A DNA stretch of 64,000 bases from Adineta vaga (taxonomy: Eukaryota > Animalia > Rotifera). The stretch covers positions 2,790,001 to 2,854,000 of the forward strand of contig CP075493.1 in assembly GCA_021613535.1 (NCBI GenBank), in the 5' to 3' direction. Made by a program: the position numbers and the translations under genes. Shown piece by piece: positions 1-11,074 of this stretch (position 1 is its first letter; each line of letters opens with the position of its first letter). The notes under the pieces were generated by a model. That model saw only the letters and a list, made by a program, of their open reading frames with translations. It did no database searches and was not told where the DNA came from.

Positions 1-40
1 GTATGAAACTAACATTGTTGAATATACAAATCGAAATAAA

Positions 41-998
41 ATGGAAGAAACAACAGCAAAAGTATTTGCTCGATTACATCATATGAAAAGTGTATTATGT
101 AAAACAATTAAAAGTAAGTTATCTATCAATCCTCAGATGAATGAAGACGATAGTTTAATACTATGAAATCTACTTTGCAATTCACTCGTATCTCATTGAG
201 GAAAATCGAACTTTTCTACTTAGTTACTTGTCTTATGTGACATATTCAATATATTTACTTTTGTTTTTAGAAACGCCGAAATTTTGTGGTGGTATTAGAA
301 ATCAAAATGTCACATATTGTTCTCCAACAAGTTATATGTCAACAACTGACGATGAGATCGACAAACTATACGAACCGACGGTGACTTCATTTGCTGATGT
401 GAGTAATAATGCGACAGAAGAAAGTAACAAAATATTTGATTTTATTTCGATTTAGATTACATCGGATGATACGATCTCAGCTATCAGTAGAGATTCATCT
501 GATTCTGGTGTGTCAACATTGAGTGACTTTTCACACTGTTCATTATTGTCATCGACGTCATCAATTCATCGATCAATAACCAAATCACAATCATGTCATT
601 TAAGGTGTGATCCATCATTCATTAATTATGTTTCACATAATCTATTATCTTCGGATCGTTCGGAGTTTTTTCTCAATGAAATTGAAGAATCTCCATCAGC
701 ACAATTACCATTAGCTGAAAGTAGTCGACGAATTGTTTATGAAAATGATCAAACCATTATCGCCGAAGATGAAGATGAACATGCCGGACCATTGACATCA
801 ACATTAGTAGATGGATGGTATACGATTACAAAAAGTTACTCCGCAATCTTTCGTCAGGATTTAACTGTACGAAAGAATGAACTGGTACAAGTACTTCGTT
901 GTACACATCCACATTGGGTTTGGGTACGAAATGAAGAAAGTAATGAAGGTTTTGTACCAACAGATTGCCTTACCGCTTCATCATTATTGCAACATTGA
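41..998 (+). CDS. Small Ser-rich protein with C-terminal SH3 domain (3 exons: ~41-113, 271-398, 456-998)
   Basis: GT-AG spliced ORF MEETTAKVFARL...; last exon has SH3 signature YSAIFRQDLTVRKNELVQVL..WVWVRNEESNEGFVPTDCL. Start codon tentative (window edge). Confidence 0.75.
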
Positions 999-1288
999 AA
1001 TGGCAAAAACGTGTTGTTGCTGTTTTTTTTAAACAAATCTATTCTGAACATTGAAAATAATGTACTATTCATGTTGTGTGATGTATATAGTTTGATTTTA
1101 AACTAAAAAGAAGAAAATTGTATTTTTAAATGACTAATGATCTTTTGAATTGCTTCGAATACGTAGCGAAAGAAAAGAAATATAAGTACGTAATAAAAGA
1201 CTGAAAGTAGATTATAGATATGAATATTGAGATTATTTATTAGGAAATCATACTGATGATGTTATTGCACATTGGCATGTTTATTTAT

Positions 1289-2050
1289 CAGGGCTCCGTG
1301 TAGGATCGGATGGGACGAAATTTTTTCGTCCCATCCCATCCCATTATTTAACAAAAAATCTCAAATAGCATTTCAAAAACGGATTTTTCGGATCATTGTC
1401 AGTTCTATCAATCAGATTGAGTTTTTCAGTATTTCGTGTTACATTTCTTAGCTTTTTTATAATGAAGTTCACCACATTTTTTACCTTTTTTTAAAAATAC
1501 ATATCACTATTTATATAAATACAAAAAATAAATAACGGAGTAAATTAGAGTGATAAATGAATACCTCCTCCTCAGCTCCCTCAAGAATAAAGGGCTTTGG
1601 GCCTTATATTATGTCGCGACACATTCGGTTCAAAACCTGGCTAAATATCCGCCAAAATACACACAATTCTCCCGAAAATTTCCTTCCAGTGGCCTTCTAA
1701 GAATGATGAATGGGTTATATTAGTTCAAATTTAGAGTACCTTTATTTTGATCGAGATTACCATCTAATTAGTATGCCTTGTAATCACTCAAAGAGTCTTT
1801 TAAAAAACACATTTTTAAGTTGTTTTTGTTGCATAATTTCGACCAATATCCATGTTTTTTTTCGATAAATTGAGAATTTCTATAGAAAACTTGTCCCACG
1901 GGATGGGATGGGATTTTAAAAAAATCTTCGCCCCATGGTGGGATGGGACTCTAAAAAATTTTCCGTCCTATCCCATCCCATGGGATAATAATTTTTTAAA
2001 AACCGTCCCATGGGATAGGATGAGATCGTCTCATCCCACACGGAGCCCTG
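1289..2050. mobile_element. Non-autonomous hAT-type DNA transposon (MITE), 762 bp
   Basis: Perfect 13-bp TIRs CAGGGCTCCGTGT / ACACGGAGCCCTG; identical 8-bp TSD TTATTTAT at 1281-1288 and 2051-2058; subterminal ATGGG/CCCAT arrays at both ends; no transposase ORF. Confidence 0.92.
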
Positions 2051-2222
2051 TTATTTATGTATTGATGCAATGTATGAATCAGTTAAGTAGAGCTACTATG
2101 ATTATGTTTGTGTTTGGTGTATTTTTGAATATATGACTCATTGTGGTTGTTATTGCGCAAGTATAGGATCAATGAAAATAAATAGGTTGTTTTTTTTGTT
2201 TTGAAGAAAAGAATACGATCAC

Positions 2223-3439
2223 ATGGGTGAGGAAGGTTCGATTCAAGATTTTGAAGTTGAATGGCATGATTTTTTAACGAAATTTCATGCTGACAACGAC
2301 GATGCTAAACAACGAATACGAAAAGTAAATATTGTGATAAACATACATCTTGTATTTGTTTATTTCTATCAAAAGGTGGATCTTCTTCCTGATAAGAACG
2401 TTGTTTGCTTTGTTCTTTACAATACATTTTCTCCTGATGAATGTCAATTTTTAATTAATTCGATAGAAAATATTGGTAACGATTCTTTCTAGAATATATT
2501 AACAAATTCTTTGAAACTATTATAATAGGTTTTAATAAACTTTTATATGGAGATAATTATCGTACAAATACACGGTTAGAATTTATTTTGATACTAAATT
2601 GATTTGACATCTGATTCTTTTCAGAACTCAAATAACGCAAAAAAATCTTGCAAATGAATTTTTTCTTCGTGTAAAAGGTAACTTTGTCCCCCCTCTTTCC
2701 AAAACAATACATATTTAACCATATTATCATAATATAAATAAAGATTTTCTTCCAAACCAATGGCCCGGCAAACAGAATACATTGCATTGGAATTTATTGA
2801 ATCTAAATGAACGAATACGGATATGCAGGTATGAATGAAAATAGTGAAAGTTTCGTAACTTAGAAATTCTATTTTAGATATGAACCTGGTCAATATTTTG
2901 CACCTCATTTCGATGGAATTTATAAACGATCTTACATGGAACAGAGTCAATTAACCATCATGGCATATCTCAACGATTCATTTACTGGTGGTCATACAAA
3001 TTTTCTCGATGAGAAATCTAAACCGCCTCCAGTTACTTATGCATTGAAACCTGAAACAGGTACTGATATTTTATGACATTCTATTGATTTGATAGAAATG
3101 AAATTGTCTTAATTTGTTGTTTTCAGGAATGGTTTTAATTTTTCAACATGAAATCTATCATGAAGGTGAAGCTGTTATTACAGGCAAGAAATATATTATG
3201 CGAAGGTATGCTATTAAATGCTCTTAGTTTGTCAAATTGAAATATGTTTGTTGTCTATTGTTGTAAAATAGTATGTGATATATACACGAGTGTTAAGTGA
3301 ACCAATGTCTCAAAAAGAACAAGAAGCAAGAGATTTAATTGCTGAAGCTGAACGTCATGAAGATCAATCGAATTTCGACGAAGCAACAAAATGTTATCGA
3401 AAAGCGTATAAATTATGGCCAGATTTGGAAAAAGAATAA
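2223..3439 (+). CDS. Prolyl-4-hydroxylase-like 2OG-Fe(II) oxygenase with C-terminal TPR-like helices (~8 exons; apparent 1-nt deletion near 3272)
   Basis: Spliced motifs YEPGQYFAPHFDG (HxD), LTIMAYLNDSFTGGHTNF, PETGMVLIFQHEIYHEGEAV (distal His), GKKYIMRS; last exon ...AEAERHEDQSNFDEATKCYRKAYKLWPDLEKE*. Confidence 0.85.
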
Positions 3440-3809
3440 ATTAATTTTTTTTGTAATTTTATCTAAATAAATATCAACTGACGTGAACATGTCTACGTGT
3501 TTGAGTGTGTAAAAAATGAGTTAAATACAACATTTCTTTATTATATATTTTGTGATGTCGTTGAATTACAACTGAATAATCAGGTGATCGCATTGTTTTT
3601 GTGTAATAACTACATTGATATAAAAACTAGTGGATTGATTCATAGCCAATCATTTACTATAATGGATAATAGATAAAGCCTGTCCAATAGTTATGACATA
3701 TAAGTGAATAGCACCGAATTAGACCAATTAAAAACTCAATTCATCTATTATGGTATTATTGTGAGTATTGTATAATTTTTGGATTAGTTTTAATATATGC
3801 ATTATAGAT

Positions 3810-4260
3810 CTATCAAAGTCGAGAGAATTGATCAGATGTTCATTTAACACTATCGACAGCAACACCATCTCATGAAGATGTTCCACCTAAATTAGCAACG
3901 TTGAAAATAGGTGCAGTAACGAGTCTCGATCTGTGTTCAGCCAACAAAGACGGAGATAGAACGAGCAAAAATCGATGCTGATGTAAGTTTATGTTTACTC
4001 TACTAAATGAACAAATCTTTTTCAAATAATTCTTTTTTTTTAGAGTAAACAATACAAAGTAACCATTGCTATACTGGATATATAATGTTTGTTTGGGAGA
4101 TACATTTGATTTTCCACTGGGTACAGACACAAATGTAAAAGTTGAATATAGACCAGTGAAAAAATGAACGTGAAATTCATTTCATCTGATTTACGATCAA
4201 AAGAACATGGTTTAAACTATACAGTAACAATGGTTGATTCAAATAATCTTGAATGACCAA
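3810..4260 (+). pseudogene. Possible decayed mL38/PEBP-family gene fragment
   Basis: Broken-frame fragments (G-IYN-x-LFG, NVKVEY, LNYTVTMVD) in the order expected for mitochondrial ribosomal protein mL38/PEBP; retains a GT-AG intron (~3983-4043); stops and frameshifts throughout. Confidence 0.3.
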
Positions 4261-5320
4261 TAGATAGAAAACTGGAATATAAACAAACATAAGATATATA
4301 TATACATAAATTTTGTTTTTATAGTAAACTTTCAAAGAGCGAAATAAGTAGATCTGTCTTTTTCTTCTTATTGTATCATTTTAACGTACTCGTATGTTGT
4401 ATTGTTGCTTATGTATCTAATAAAGAATTGTTTAATAGAAAAATCAATGCTTGATCTAATTGAAATATTTCAACGAAATCTCAACATGATTATATATAGT
4501 ATACTGTCTCCTATAATAGGCAGTTATTTACAATCATCCTTTGATTGCAACACATTTTACAGTGGGAGGTGAAAGTCAAAACTGTGTGCTAAATTTTACA
4601 AAGTTCATTCAAAATATTGATATCAAATAGCGTGAAACTTGTTATTTTTAAAATTAAATACTCATTTATCCCTCCCTGATGGTTTAACAATTGTAATTCT
4701 TTACAGGAATGATTCTATATCATTGAATCTCATTATCAGCAAATCAACTCGAATAGATTAGTTCATAGGTATATGTAAATTAGATCCTATTTTTTCTAAT
4801 CATTTCTTTTTACACCAATTTCTATTAATTAAAATAAATCATCAATGTCATTATTTCTCTTTCTTTCTATGATATTTTTCATCATTACAAGACATGACCA
4901 GTTAATATTTCAATGACATCATATCATGTTTTCTGCTTTCTTTTCTTTCGTTTCTCATCTAATTACAATCCTCATCAACCCACGCGTCGTCTTATTGCTA
5001 CCGAGCATTCACGCATAACGTTCGACTGTACTTTTTTTGTTCCCGTCGTGCATTTCGAAGAGAAAGAAGGAGACGATCATTGCTTGTTTCTTCTTTTTTC
5101 CTCTTATATGTCTTTTTTAGCAAAGTGTCTACCTTTAACATCACTGAATTTCGGCATGGTTGAGCGAACTCGCATTGCCTATTATACATATATGAATATA
5201 TGTTGCCTTCAAGATTTGATTTTTTTATGAATAGGTGCAATATTGTAGTCATGCTTTTTGGAGGTCTTTATTCGCTCTTTTTCTGTCCGTCCGATAGGAC
5301 ATATACTTGGGGTTTTTTCT

Positions 5321-5325
<5 letters not shown>

Positions 5326-5352
<27 letters not shown>
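5326..5352. repeat. (CT)n microsatellite
   Basis: Direct run of CT dinucleotides upstream of the 5653 gene; a (GA)n run lies at ~5471-5482. Confidence 0.85.
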
Positions 5353-5358
<6 letters not shown>

Positions 5359-5652
5359 CTATTTCTAGTCAATGAAGAGAGATGGGTAATTAGAAGTTGT
5401 TTTCTTTTCTTTTTTTCGCTTCTTTTTTCCGATTTAACAAAACACAACAAAGACGAAAAAGTTAGAAAAAGAGAGAGAGAGAAAAAGAGAAACAGTAAGA
5501 GCGAGTGTATTGGACCGTGCTCAGGAAAGAAATATTGCACGCAAGACGCCTAAGAAATTGGTGTTAATGAGAAGGATTACAAAAGAAAATTCTTCCTTTT
5601 ATTTTTAGATTAAGTCGTTGTTGATTGGACTTTTCGCGTGCAAAATAGCATC

Positions 5653-6130
5653 ATGTCCATCCGGCCACGACCCTACGCTTCCGTTAATCGATATGCAGTG
5701 TAAGTTGATTGAGAAGACTTTGAAATTATAATCGTTTATTGTTTGTTTCTTAGACGAAGACCAACATTTATTCCACGAGCACCAGTTGCCCCTGCAGCAG
5801 CTGGAGGTGGCCGTGGACTTGCTGGTATTATTGGTGGAATAGCTTGTCCATTACTCTGTCTTGGATGTCTAGCATCATTAGCTTTACTTGGTCTTTTCGC
5901 TACTATGATCGCTGCTGCTGCTTACATGAGTATGTTATTTTTGTGGTTTATTTCATTATTGTAACACTAACGTCTTTCTTCTATATTTAGACAAGATTCA
6001 AAGTCAAATTCGTAAAAATGCTACAGGAGCTGGATCGATAATGGAATTGAACATTATGGTTCTCGTCTGTGCTCTGCTCTGCTCGGTCTATGTATTATCT
6101 AAACATCGTCGAAGTGTTGCGAGCACTTGA
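5653..6130 (+). CDS. Small two-hydrophobic-segment membrane protein, paralog A (3 exons: ~5653-5699, 5754-5928, 5991-6130)
   Basis: MSIRPRPYASVNRYAV|RRRPTFIPRAPVAPAAAGGGRGLAGIIGGIACPLLCLGCLASLALLGLFATMIAAAAYM|NKIQSQIRKNATGAGSIMELNIMVLVCALLCSVYVLSKHRRSVAST*; canonical splice sites; similar to the 7207 gene. Confidence 0.8.
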
Positions 6131-7206
6131 TCAAATAAACAAACTTCTATAAATCTATTCTAACACCTTTGAATCAGAAAAAAAATCGCCTATTTTTTTG
6201 CAACACAACTATATTTTTCCTTTCAATTTTTCTAATATTTTTGCGCGCCAGAAGAAAAAATTCTCTTTTTTTTTGAACAGGTACAATCGTTTTTTTTTCT
6301 CTCCTAATTTAATCCAACAATCATCGTCGTTATCGTCGTCGTCGTTATTATTTACTACTTTTTCTTGAAATATAAAATAAAATGCTGCGAGTTTTGTTTT
6401 TATTATTAAATATATTTAAACCTGTTTAATATATTCTCTTTAATATCAAGAAAGTTTTCAGTGAATATGGATTATTCATTCATCTAAAACCTATTCAAAT
6501 AGTTCAGATATGGACAAACTTTTCGATGTTTGTTTTTTTTCTTGTTCTGTCGAAATATAATCGTTGAGTTTGATTACCAAGGCCAATTCTCGTTTACTTG
6601 CACATATACTCATGAAAAACCTGTCATTCTATTCTATAGTCCATGCGTTTGTTCTGCTACGTCATGCATGATTGGTATTCTTTTTTTTTGTCATATTTGT
6701 ACATATTCATCGTCAAATACGGAGGCTGATGTACACAACTTGTTTCTCTCTTTGATGTCATTTTTTTCATTCGTTCACGTAGGTGAAATACCTTTTTTTT
6801 CCTCTCTATGTTATAAGTCATGCACATTGATGAGAAATATATTAGTTTTTCTCTTGTGTTAACATGAGGAAAAAAATGCCGTCAACCATAACGTAAATGT
6901 ACAGGGTTGTTTCTCCTTCAGATGGTAGAATATAGATAGAAAAAGAATAGAAGAGAGAGAGAGCGCGAGAAGCAGAGTGTGAAGAAATACAGTGGCGTAT
7001 TTTTTTCAAACAATAATAACTAACGAGTGTGGTATGTTTAGGCAAGAAAGGAAAAGAGAGTGCATACGATAGGATTTAGTATTGGTTATTTGTTTTTTTC
7101 GAAGAACAAAAAATATTTCTCTTTCTCTCTCTCTCTCTCTTTTTGAATTGATTATCAACCAGTTTCTATTTACTTTCTAGATCGCTGTCCATCCTAAACT
7201 AAAAAC

Positions 7207-7615
7207 ATGCTCGGACGGTAGGTGTAATATCAATTATGTTTTGATAATAATTTATCTGTAACTTGTTTATTTCAGACCAGCAGGACCTGCAGCCGCAGGT
7301 GGCGGCAAAATGGGTGGATTATTAGGTGGTTTAGGTGGTGCTATCACCTGCCTCTGTTGTTTATCAGCACTTGGTCTCATTGGACTTTGGGCAACTTTTA
7401 TTCCATTCGTTGCATTCTTCAGTAAGTTACCTTAATGATTCTCCTTCCGTTCATATCTTATATATTTTCTTTTCTTAAAAATAGAATATGCCTATGATCA
7501 AGAAGTAAGAGCTTATGGTGCTGGTCCAAGCATTCAAAATCTTCAACAAATTGTTTTACTTCTCGCTATTTGCCTATTATCGATTCGTTTTGCTAAACGG
7601 CAGATGAATACATAA
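7207..7615 (+). CDS. Small two-hydrophobic-segment membrane protein, paralog B (3 exons: ~7207-7217, 7276-7421, 7485-7615)
   Basis: MLGR|PAGPAAAGGGKMGGLLGGLGGAITCLCCLSALGLIGLWATFIPFVAFF|KYAYDQEVRAYGAGPSIQNLQQIVLLLAICLLSIRFAKRQMNT*; same exon layout and phases as paralog A; absent from the ORF track. Confidence 0.8.
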
Positions 7616-8479
7616 GATCAATTATATTCAAAAACACTTTCATCTATTTTTTGCATATTGAACTACAGTCGTTATCATCGTCATCGTTGTTTTTTTTCTG
7701 TCAAATTTCTTCCACAACAAAATGTATATGCGCGCTTGGTAAACACAAAGAAATAGAGAGAGAAGAGTTGTTGTTGTCGTCGTCGTCATTATCGTTATTT
7801 AAAATTCATCCCAACACCACAATTCTACCTTTTTTTTCCAGTCTCGATCTCTCTACAAGTTTTTTGTCTTTATTTTTTTCTATATATGAATTTTTTTATC
7901 TATTGATCAAAGCACGCGTCCGCATATATCCATATTTTTGTATCTAAAATAATATTTCATGCACATCTATCGGATGATTTAAGAAAGAGTTGCAATCATC
8001 AAATATTTTTATACTATATTCAGTTTAAACCATTCATAGTGTGAGATGGGATCATTTATATTTTGTCCAGACATAAAAATTTGTAAAACAACTATTGACA
8101 ACAACAAAACACATTTGTTACATATTTTTATGATTTGTTCACCTACTCGACGATTAGCGACATCTATTCCTAATTCAGAAACCGATCCAACGTTGTGAAT
8201 CTAATGGAATAATTCTCTTTGAAATTTCCTACCAACGCAAAAACAACTCGTTTTGTATTTATTAATACATTTTATTCGAAAAAAATATGGAATCATCAAT
8301 GATGTTATATAAGTGATGGATAAATATCACCAATAATTGAATTGAAATAAATAGTATATCGATTGTTGTTTCTTTTTAATTTAAATTACTACACAACACA
8401 TAGTCTTGCTTCTATCAAATACAAATTTTCGTATGATAATCAATTCAAATCATGTATATCTAAGATTTCTTTTATTTAG

Positions 8480-10511
8480 ATGTCGTCTTCAGGACAACAA
8501 TTCAATAACTCAAATAATGCACAATCACAAAATACAAATAATAACATGTTAGATGATTATGAAGATGATCCATCATTAACACAAAATACTTCGTATGTTA
8601 TACAAACGTTTGGAACATTTTTCTAGTTGACTTATTTACGACTTTTTAAATAACAACAGATTGAGGGGAAAAAACTAGTTTCTAAATATATCGTTGATAC
8701 TTTCCTCGACTCAAGGAGTATTGTTATGAACTAATAACTTTCGACAGTTAAAACATTCATTACTTAAATTGCGATAGTATAATACGATCTACATGATGAA
8801 TGGTTGAAATTTATTGAAAATTCTCCAGATGTAATATCTATTTGACAAAATGTAATCAACATTAAAAACAGACTATCATTAGGGAAATGGAATTCTATTT
8901 GAAAATTCTTAAAAACTCGAAATAATTTTAAAAAACACTTGAGAAAACCATCTCATTTCAATAGTTTCACTTCCTAGATTATGATAAATAATTCTTTCAT
9001 TATATTTAAAAAAGAAATTCTACGAGTTCAAATGTAGCGCTATTTTTGTGAAATTCACATATGTTTCTCGAAGAAAAATAAGTGAGTGTAAGTTTGAAGT
9101 CGAGAAATTTTGAGTGCCCTTCCTCTCTCCATTATAGACACAATCCCATTGTAATTAGAACTTCATTATAGGAATAATCCAATTTCAAAATAAAATACTG
9201 GCTATTATCGCAAATAGACTACGTGAGTTCCACATTTTAGTCCTAAAGAGACTGCACTGAAAAGCTTTTTATAGTATCATATTAAGTATAAATATCATCA
9301 TTCGATTGTTGTTCGAGATAAACATATTCCGGAACAATATGTGTCTATACTCGTTCGCGTCAACTATTCAGTTAATGTCGTAAATAGTCTGCAAGTATTT
9401 ATTTGTCTCAAAAAAAAAAAACTTCAAAATAACATTAAATGAGAAGGTTTTCTTCGGATAATTGATTTTCATAGAGGCAAACAACACATGTGCCATTATT
9501 CATGCTATTTCCGATGAGAATTATTAATAAAAAAAACTTGTAATTGTATTTCTTTCTAGTTCTAATTTCAATAATCAAACATCAAATATAAATAATCAGA
9601 ATACGAATCATGCAGCAGAATCAACGTAAGAAAATTTCCTTATTCAAATGAATATGTTTTGAAAATTGATTTAAAGATATTATCCTTTTGCTGGTTATCA
9701 TGGTGAAGGTGAAGTAAATGATCCCGATGCGAATTATCATGGTGAAGATGAAGAAAATGATCAAGATGATGACAATTTAGCCGAAATTGAAGAACATCTT
9801 CAAAATGCACAACTTAATAGTAATGATGATGACTATGAACTTTTTTCGGATGATGTTCAACGTGCATTTGAAAATTATGAAAATGAAGTATGTTAAAAAT
9901 AAGACTATTCCTTTCATTCATAGTTTATCTTATCATAGAATTCAAGACGTTGGCAACGTAGTGATTCGGTAAATATAACTATCTCTATATCATTGTGTTG
10001 TCTTGTTTCAGTGTTAATAGAAAAAAGCGACTTTTTTTTAGACGTGGAATACTTGTTCATCTGAAGAGGTAGTATTCAAATAATTTGCTTTATCAGTTTT
10101 TTTTTCTTTTATTAATAATTTTATATGCAAAAAAAAACCAGCTTTATTAGATCATTTATTCAATATTTATCTTTTTCTTCCTTTTAATAGCAAGATATCA
10201 TGTTTGAAGAAATGCGTGAATGTATGTTCTATATGACACAAGAATACTGTACAGCAGAAATGCCAACTGAATTAGTAATTACGATCAGATTAGTCGCCGG
10301 AGAAATAAATCTATTATCCTAATTATAGGTTGAAATTACTCAAAAAAGTGATTTAAATCCAAATGCCGTAGAATTTTGTCCATCATATCGGATACCGCCA
10401 ACAACAACAACAACAACATCAAGTGATACAATACCAATCATTGTAATGTCATGGACACCCTGTGTAGCACAAAAAGCTGAAGGCAATGCTGACGAGCAAG
10501 AACAAGAATAA
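8480..10511 (+). CDS. PAIP2-like acidic protein with PAM2 (PABP-interacting) motif (7 exons)
   Basis: Spliced ORF with N/Q-rich N-terminus, YPFAGY, a long D/E-rich tract, QDIMFEEMRECMF and PAM2 consensus KSDLNPNAVEFCPS (~10345-10386); ends ...ADEQEQE*. Confidence 0.7.
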
Positions 10512-11074
10512 GATGACCTCTAACTGATTTCCATATGCATGTATTTTATTATTAACAAAAACATGAAGATATAGATATTCTAATAACAAATCCACCTGTG
10601 AGATTGTCCGTTGCTTTCTTCTATTTTTTTTTCTATTCATACCATGTTTCTTTTTTCTTCTGGGTTTTTTCTCTCATTCTTAATTTTCAACAACGGCTGC
10701 AAAAAAAATATTAAACTGTCTATGTGGACTCCGTCTCTTTTTTTATCGAGTAAAGCAAATAAAAAAGAAGAATATTAACGTCTATGACCTTCATTGCTTG
10801 GTTTTTTTCCTTTCTTTGGATGTACTGTCGTGACAGTTTTTTTCTTTCCTATTTCAGATAGTTAAGTCGAATTTCGGCGAAAACAAACCAACGAATTCTT
10901 ATTTATGTTGCTTTTTGGCTTCTAATTGTGTTCGTTCTGAAGGAGTATCTGAATTGTTTTTTCTTTCTTTCAATTTGACGACACTATTTTACATGCTTGA
11001 AAGTCGAATGTCTTTTCCTTTTCTGTTGCTAGATAGATTGTATCTTCTTGTTTTTAAAAACAAAAACGACGTTT

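Noticed and set aside
1852-2136. 94-aa ORF rich in W, D, G and P
   Set aside because: It is a by-product of the MITE subterminal ATGGG/CCCAT repeats and runs through the TIR; no transposase similarity.
4913-5553. Several overlapping ORFs on both strands
   Set aside because: Low-complexity translations of T-tracts and CT/GA microsatellites upstream of the 5653 gene.
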